From NCBI GenBank assembly GCA_012295275.1, contig CM022676.1, forward strand, positions 3,224,001-3,288,000: DNA of 64,000 nucleotides, written 5' to 3'. Positions 55,501-64,000 of the stretch are shown in pieces. The translations under genes and the position numbers were made by a program. Below the pieces are notes generated by a model. It had not been told where the DNA came from, searched no databases, and saw only the letters and a list, made by a program, of their open reading frames with translations. The stretch comes from Chrysomallon squamiferum (taxonomy: Eukaryota > Animalia > Mollusca). Every line of letters begins with the position of its first letter. Within the stretch, counting starts at the first letter, position 1.

Positions 55501-56979
55501 AAAATAAAATATTGCCCCAACATTGGTGGGTATTTTTTTTTTTTTTTTTTTTTTTTCAAATTATATTTTATAGAAGAAAGTGGTTTCTAAATGTGGTATA
55601 AATAAAATATTCCATGTTGCTGACTGAGTAGAACTCATGTGATTAATTATTTTACTTTATATAAATATATTACTGACAGCATTTTCTAAATCTTAAAATA
55701 TTACTAGGCTTATTTTAGAACTTATATGTGTGTACTTATATATATTTTAATTAAAGAATTCTCTTTACTTTTTCTATACTGCAGGCATAAAACTCAAATA
55801 AAAAAAAAAAATAATAATTCTGAAAAATATTATTTATAAAAAGAAAAAGAATTTCCCTATTTACTTTTAATTATTAACCTAGACTTTTGTTTTTAAGAAG
55901 AATTACTTTCTCTACTTTATGAGGTGTAAGTGTAATTCATTATTTAACATTAAGTAACTAACAAAAAGTAAATAAGTTATATTCTTTATCAATTTCTTCT
56001 CAGCTAAGAACATTTATCATTCTGAACTGTATCAATTTATTTTTATAAATGATACATGAAACTAAAATAAAATATTACAGAATTTAAAACAGAAACTGGT
56101 GAATCTGTTTCAATTCCACTGTGAAATAATTTTACCATTTTAACTGTATCAGCCATTATTTTGTTTCAACAAGCCTTTCAGAATTCTCATCTGAAATTAA
56201 ATTATTCAGTCATCAGTATATGATTTAAAAATCATTTTATTTCAACATTTTCACTAATTTTATTATAAATTCTATTTTTTACACCCATTTGTTTGTTGTT
56301 GTTTTTTGTATTTTATTGGGTTTTTTAAGAGTTTCTTGTGATGATACAAACGTACCCTCAACTACCAAAATTCATGATCATTTTTAAGAAAACAAATTGT
56401 TTTCAAATATTTGAAAGAAGCTTATTTATTCTGTTCAGATTATACTGTTATCAGACAAATCAGTCTACAAGTGCCCAGTTATCGGTGACAGGTGTACAGA
56501 ATTTATTCTAAGAATAATACAGAGACATATTATTCAGGTATTTGATTTTATCAAACTTTTTGGAAAGAAAAATGATAAAGAATCTTATATAATTTTGAAC
56601 ACTGAGATTTTTTTGGTTTTTCTTTTTTTGTTGCTGTTATTCATTATCGTTTTTGGAAATAAAATAATGTGTACAACATGACTATTATTATCCCAGCAAT
56701 TCATTTGACAAATTAGGGCAAACATACATGCAAAATTGTGATACTATTTATAGCTTTTATTTCTCCCACCCAAAGAGAAAATTTATAACTTCTCACATTT
56801 ATAGACAGTTACTCTATAAACATTTCTATGCTGTTTTGTTATTAGATTGCCCATTGTATTAAATATGAGAAAAAAATAAAATAGTTTTATTTCTTTTTAG
56901 TTTCTTCTTTTTAAACATTTCATAAATTCTCTTCAGTTTTAAAATAAACCTTTGAAATAAAAACTAACTGCATACTTAC

Positions 56980-57102
56980 ATGTCACACTAGAGACCTTTC
57001 TGATCCTAGATGACCGATCCAGTGTTTTCAATATACTTCAAGCAGCAGTGATATTTCTATTTCATTTATTCTGTCTTGATAAGAACCTTCAATGTTCTAG
57101 TC
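56980..57102 (-). other. Candidate 123-nt non-coding exon
   Basis: tatttctctttctcacag|GACTAG...GTGACAT|gtaagtat. Stops in all three entry frames. Contains a micro-uORF ATG AAA TAG. Confidence 0.55.
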
Positions 57103-60100
57103 CTGTGAGAAAGAGAAATATAGCAATAAATATAAAAAAAACAATTAAAAGAAATGAAGTCAATGGTTAAATCTATGTGTGTATGTGTTTCTGTAATTCT
57201 GTCTTGTTTAGGAATGTTCAGTCTTCTAGTCCTGTGAGAAAAAGAAATATAGTTTTGAATGGAAAAAAAAATAATACTTAAAACAAAATTAAATTTAAGT
57301 GTGTGTGTGCTGCTATATTTCTGAATATGGTAAAGTATTTATGGGGTGTGTTTGAATTCTAAATATATTTTCAATGGTTTCAAGAATAATATACTAATAT
57401 CAAAATGAAACATATTGTAAAACACAGATCAATTAATGTTCTTTTTAACTATAATAATAATAATAATGATGATGAAGATATTTATGAAGATTAGTATCAT
57501 GAACACAATAAAACAGTAAAACAAGAAATTTCAAATAATGATGTACATGTATGAAGAATCAGATACATCCCTGAGTACAAGTGTGTCAACAAGCAACTCA
57601 GTTCCATTCTGATTACAGAATATAATAAAATATTTATGCCTGTTATTATCTATTGCTGTCTGTCTCTCTCTTACTTGATTTCTTTCTCTCACTCATTGTT
57701 CCCCTCTTTCTTTCTTTTTTCTTATTTTTAGATATCAGTTACAAAAACAAAGATCATAATTAAAGTTTGACTAAGCCTTCGTCTTATGAGTCAACAACTA
57801 ATTAGGACATCTTGCAGACATTATCATGACCTCTGACATGCTCCAATGAGCTTGCACAATGTCAGATGAATACTAGCAAGACAGAGCAATGGTTTATATT
57901 CTTTGTTCTTAGATTACATGACAAAAAGTTAAATTTTGTAGATAAAGAAAAATATGGTTTTAATTAAGATTAATTTTAATTAATGTTTAATGAGAAATCT
58001 ATCTCCAATGAAGTTATGTATTTATTCATTTATTTATTTATTTATTTATATTATTGCTGCTACTACTACTACCACTACTATACTACTACTACTACCACTA
58101 CTACTACTACTACCACTATTATTATTATTTTAATATGTATCAATACAGGTGTTAAATCAATTGTGAATATCTTCAAAATAATTATCAATCATTTTGCCTT
58201 CTATTCCATCACAATAATTTAAATTATATTAGAATTTCTTATGATTTACTGAAGAGGCAGAACGTTAATTAACGATCGTCTTAAATAATTAAATTACATT
58301 CACAATATTTAATCCACATTTGTTATTGTTATTATATACAATTTATACTGATTATTAATACTTAAAAATACAAAATTTTAGAAATGAAAAGAAAAGATAA
58401 CCTGAAACGGAAAGCATCAGAGAGGGGGTGACTGGCGGTTTTCAGACGAAAAAGAAATCCCGCATGGCATCAAAATCATTTTAGCTTGAGATATATTAGA
58501 AGTACCAGCATCAGGAAACAACTTGCCGAAAGCAAATCATTTTGAATTTACGTGTTTTTCTCCAAATTGTAATTTTTAATGCATATTTTGAAAAGTCTTT
58601 TTGAAGTTTTCACGTGCATCAAATTTTGTCACTTCCTTTTTGAACTCAAACCACAGTTTATATTTCGTTTTTTTTTTTGGAAATAAAATAATAGATAAAC
58701 GGGAAAATCTTAATAAAATATAAATAAAATATAATCTGAATTACTATCTTAAAAATAATAATAATGATTATAAAGTATGAAGTAATAAATTAATAAATTA
58801 TTACAGTTATCAAACAACAAAACTTTTGGAAAATTCCATCTTTGTCTTTCGGGAAACCTCGCGTATTTTCGACTTTTCCTTGAGGCGAAGTAGTACCTTT
58901 TAAAGCTGTAATATCATGATTAATAAGTATTCGGAATAATTATTAAAACCAAAAATATATTGTCTTAAATGTTCTTAGTTTTTATATATATATCATCTTT
59001 CTGAATTATCTGTCTTTTATTAATTATTAATGTACAGCAAGAAAGAAAACAAAATAATTTAATAAACAATAATTAAAAACATTTTCCTACTAATTGAACT
59101 ATTTTGATTCGCGAATAAATAATTAGACGAAATAAGCCGGAAACCAATCTATTCTTTTTAAAGAGATTCAGTTATAATTTAAAATTAACCTATCATATTA
59201 TTGATATTATATATTTATTTAGAAACTATTAATAAGATAACAATAATATTTTGAACATTAGCTTGTATCTTATTTATTTATTTATTTATTTATACTACTG
59301 TTAATAACGATATTACAACAAAATAATCAACAACTGTAAAATACAAATAAAACATTAATCTCTTGAAAATCTCTCTCTCATATACACACAGATATATACA
59401 TAAATATATACACACATATAAACGTGTACGTGCATACAAACATACATACATACATACATTCTGAAATTATTTTACACTGTTAATATGATCATCATATTTA
59501 TGCATTTTACATAAAATTATAAAATTTTGTTGATATTATAACAAGAGAACAAACAAAAAAAAAAAAACTATAAATATCAACAGCCATGAAAACAGAATTA
59601 TTTATTTAAAACAAAATTATAAAAATGTTCTGTTATTATAACAAGAAAACAAACAAATAAAAATAAATAAAAAAAAAGTATGGGATCAGCCATGAAAATA
59701 GAACTATTTTACTCTATCTATTTCATTAACTTGCGGTATTAGTCACGTTAAATAATCATGTGATGGATATTATTAGGTTTGTTGCTACAGCTGAAGGGGT
59801 ATCCCTGATGCATATAATGACGAAAATGCTGCACTGTGAATGCACAGAAACTAGAACCCTTCCTATTTGCAAAAGAGAAAAATAGGACAGAGGTCGCGAT
59901 GGGTAAGCTGCAAAAATAACGCATAACGTCGCTGCACTGTTTGCGTTGTGGTTACGTAAGAGAAGCTGTTAGGTCGCCCAGCGCCTGCCATTTGTAATGC
60001 AGAAGTGGATTATACACAGGCCAGAGAATGGAGATCTCTGTGAAGGATAACAGTAAACTGAAGATGGAGTATACCCTGAGTGTCCACACACTGTGACATA

Positions 60101-60733
60101 AGTCTGGGATTTTTATAACACGGTAATATGTGAAGCAGATGAACATTGAGAGTGCAAAATGGCGTAACCCACTTTTTGAAGGCTACAGCGTTGTTAGGAC
60201 GTGTCACTTCTATTCAAGTGTCGTCAATTTACGGAAGGAAGGAAGCATAGCAGACGGCAAAATAAATAAATCTACGTTCAAGAGGAAAGGTTATATAGTT
60301 CAAAAACTTGATCGTAATAATTACTCGAACTAAAAATTGATCAGGCTGCGCGCTGTTTTCCACAGTTGGCAAATATTTGTAGACTGGGACTTGCAAACTG
60401 AACAGTCGCGAGAAACAAAATATCTCATGCAGCCAAGAAAGCATTAGTGCAAACGACAGCGCATTCATTTTGCCGCCAAAACTGACCATCCGCTACTTTT
60501 TTGATTCTGTATGGATTAAAAGCGAGGAAACGAAAACACGGTTAACATTTCTTTCTTTCTTTCTTTCCTTTTTATATTTCTGAAAACAGCAGGCTGTAGG
60601 GGATAAAAACGAAGTAGCTACATTTTGAAGGAAGAAACGAAATCACCAGTATGGATAAATGTGAAATGTTAATAAATACCTGTTTTCATATGGAAAAAAC
60701 AGCTACCTTCCCACGACCTCATTTGACCAAAAG

Positions 60734-60766
<33 letters not shown>

Positions 60767-60861
60767 CCTGGGAATCTTAATTGAACGAGGAATCCGTTAT
60801 ACGTCAGTCGAAAATGAGATTTTAAAACCAAGGTAGAAATAAAAAGCTTCGGATTACTCAC

Positions 60862-61010
60862 CATTTTTAGCTTGGTTGTTGGAAATTTCCATCCAAGAGG
60901 CTATTATTTGGTGGAGAAACACAATAGAAATCAAGGGTAACGTACGGTACATTTTTTGGTGAAAAGAACAAGATAATAAATGCACGAGACATAGAGTTTT
61001 TTTCGGCAGC
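60862..61010 (-). other. Candidate first exon of the minus-strand gene (5' end approximate)
   Basis: Ends gctaaaaATG|gtgagtaa. Lies immediately downstream (minus sense) of the CCAAT and CRE elements in a CpG-rich region. Confidence 0.55.
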
Positions 61011-61029
61011 CCAAATATGATTTCTCCCT

Positions 61030-61125
61030 ACTGCCCGGTGACGTCAATATGTGGGTGGTGTTATATCGAGAATGCGGTAATCCCATTGGCTGGCGGACCG
61101 TTAGCCCGTCCTCCTAGCCGTTTCG
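61030..61125 (-). promoter_or_regulatory. Proximal promoter: NF-Y CCAAT box plus full CRE
   Basis: AGCCAATGGG on minus (ATTGG 61085-61089) and palindromic TGACGTCA 61039-61046. kB-like palindrome GGAAATTTCC at 60881-60890 in exon 1. Confidence 0.6.
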
Positions 61126-61507
61126 AGAATTTCTGGGATAATGTATTCAGCCTCTGTCCCAGTTTGTTTAAATTCACTTAGAAACAATGTCTACGAAATT
61201 AATGTTTTTATGTCATTTGTGTGTTCTGTTAAACTAAGGTGCAGCAACATGTTTAAAATCGGCATATTTATGCACCTTTCACTGTCATAAAAAAAAAAAA
61301 GCGTCGAGCTTTTATTTAAATTCCGCCAGACACATTGCATAATCATACTCTGTCGATACGACAGCTAATTTGCAGTGAGATGGATAGGAGTTAATTCTAT
61401 ATGTTAATGTATTGTGTGATTTAAAACAAGATCTGCAGTGTTATTCTAGTGTAAGCACAATGAATACTTATAATATATAACGTGCAATAAACATCACTGA
61501 TTAAAAC

Positions 61508-61562
<55 letters not shown>

Positions 61563-62088
61563 GTTATTATTATTATTACCATCATCATCATCTTGTCGTT
61601 ACTGTTCTTGTTAAATTAATAATAAACTATATACTCTATCAAAACCACGCCTCCTTAAATATAATAATAATTGTTGTTGTTGTTGTTGTTGTGTTGTCGT
61701 TGTTGTTGTTATTATTATTATTATTATTATTTCATTTTACCATTATTTCATTAATACTGTAAACTTTATTGCACCATAGTAATTTTATTGTTTATCTTTA
61801 TTTATTTTTTATTTTCGCTGCTTTTAACGAAATAAATAACTTCAGATTTGCTAAATACTTTCATTTCATTTTATTTATTTTATTACAATTAATATTTAAC
61901 ATTTATTTGATATTTTCTAAATTTATAACTGTCGCCCCATAATTTTTATAATGATAATAATTTTATTTAATGAAAATAAATATACATGGTACGTTAGTAA
62001 CACATGGATTCTAAAAATATGTGTTTCCGCTTCACGAATTAGAAAAATGAGTATTACGTTATGCTAGTTGTAGCGGTAATAATAACCG

Positions 62089-62122
<34 letters not shown>

Positions 62123-62196
62123 AATTAGTAACGTTCGTGACCGCGCTAAATAAGGTTCAGTAAAACGTCATTTCTGATACCTCCATATCACTCACT

Positions 62197-62222
62197 CGGA
62201 AGTTTCGCATCTAAAATGGCGG
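62197..62222 (+). promoter_or_regulatory. ETS (CGGAAGT) plus YY1 (AAAATGGCGG) motif pair
   Basis: CGGAAGT 62197-62203 and AAAATGGCGG 62213-62222 in a small CpG patch. Confidence 0.35.
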
Positions 62223-62523
62223 ACAAAATATAGTTCCTAAAGTAAAGAGTCGAACAATACAGTTTAAAGAACTGTATATATTTACTCATTCAAATCTTTG
62301 TGTATGTATTTACATTGGCTAAAAGCAATATAAAATAAAACAGGCTTTTGCTTTTGATTTTAGAATGCCATGCTTGATTCACTGAGTCGTGTTTGTCTAT
62401 TTAAAAAAAAAAAATCGATTAAATATAGTCTAGGTTTTAAAGAATGTAAAATGGGGCTTTTGACATCAAACAAATCCTATTTATAGATAAAATTTAATTT
62501 TTCGGTAATAAAATTACTATTTA

Positions 62524-62557
<34 letters not shown>

Positions 62558-63335
62558 GCAGTAATTACAAATATAGTGAATATTTCTGAATGAGTTAAAA
62601 CTAATCATTATTTGATAAAATCAACTTTTGTTTATAATGTTATCGTGATAAACATAGAAAAGTAGCTAGTTAAAGAGTGAGAAAATGAGTAAACATAGGC
62701 AAACGAAAGAAACTAAACTATATAATTTACACCTGTTTTGTCTGATTTATTTATTTATTACTTATTTTAATTTTATTTTATTTCATTTTTTAATTTATGT
62801 TTTTTATTGTTATTTTATTTCATTTTATTTTGCTTTATCTTTTATATATATATAATATATAATAACAACAAAAGGAGTTCAATGTTTGCTATAAGTTTGT
62901 ATTTAGCTGATGTTGCCATTAAAATATTAATATTAATAAACATATTAAACCAGATAAATTGTTATGAATTAAGTTACTTATACAAATACCTTATTCCATG
63001 CTTTCAGAAGTTATTTTTATTTATTTATTTATTTATTGAAAAGTTGATAGAAGTGCTTACACGAGCTGTTTTTGTAAAATAATATTTTTCTATGTATAAA
63101 ATAAATAAATTTGTTGGACACAATGCTACTATTAAAATTAATTTCAATTACGTTTCACGATCAGACAAATTTATTTATTTAATTTAATTTAATTTATTTA
63201 ATTTAATTTAATTTTATTATATTTTATTCACTAAACAAACAAACAAACAAGGTCTTTCCTTTTGCTAGAATTAATTTTTGTTTGTTTATATTTTATTTTG
63301 TTTTTAGTTTATGATTATTTTTATTACTTTTATTA

Positions 63336-63385
<50 letters not shown>

Positions 63386-64000
63386 TGTCTGTTTAGTTAC
63401 TTGCTTACTTACATATTTAATTACTTTTCTAATTTCTTTCTTTATAATAATTATGATTTATTTATGTACTTTTTCATTTAGTAACTTATTAACTTACTAA
63501 CATACTAACATTCGATATTATTTACTTACTTAATTATTCACTTATTTGCTTATTTAACTTATATACTAAACAAAACACGATGTTGTTTAATTATAGGTTT
63601 ATAATTTTATAATATTCTATAAAACTGAAAAACTTTATAGTGTCAATAAAGAAAAAATCTGGTACAAAAGAAATTAAAAAAAATTCTATTAGTAACAAAA
63701 TAAACAACAGAAAACAAATCAACGAATACAAAGAGCAAAAAAAAAAACAAATTGTACATTAATGATGATGATAGTTATTCATGTTGTTGTTTTTTATGAT
63801 GATTGTGATGATGATAATGACTATGTTACTGATAATGTATAATTAAATGATTTCTTAACCGAACGAAATAATTACTTTCTGCTTGATTCGTCAAAAAATG
63901 GATTAAAGTGTAAGTTATGTATCTTGAAGATATATCTGTGATGTTTTTAATTAATAATCATTGATATACTAGCAGTATTATATAATTAATTCTTGTTATT

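Overview
Very AT-rich animal (eukaryotic) genomic DNA, probably a mollusc-like invertebrate (inference). It has many microsatellites, poly(A/T) runs, minisatellites and local duplications. None of the supplied ORFs is a credible single-exon gene. The best reading is the 5' ~61 kb of one large minus-strand gene. A CCAAT/CRE promoter lies at ~61.0-61.1 kb and exon 1 ends in ATG|GTGAGT at 60862. Short candidate exons follow (56980-57102, 48275-48325, ~37.0 kb, 26400-26472, 3236-3306, 207-278), and the gene continues left of base 1. Several upstream exons carry stops in all frames, so they are 5'UTR/uORF, poison or lncRNA exons. A second CpG-retaining island (~30.0-32.8 kb) has NRF1/YY1/NF-Y-like motifs, a cluster of minus-strand 5' splice sites, and a long-range GC-rich duplex that pairs best on the minus-strand RNA. 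The introns hold many small GC-richer, motif-dense islands (candidate enhancers). The gene cannot be identified from this window, and all exon calls come from splice signals read by eye.
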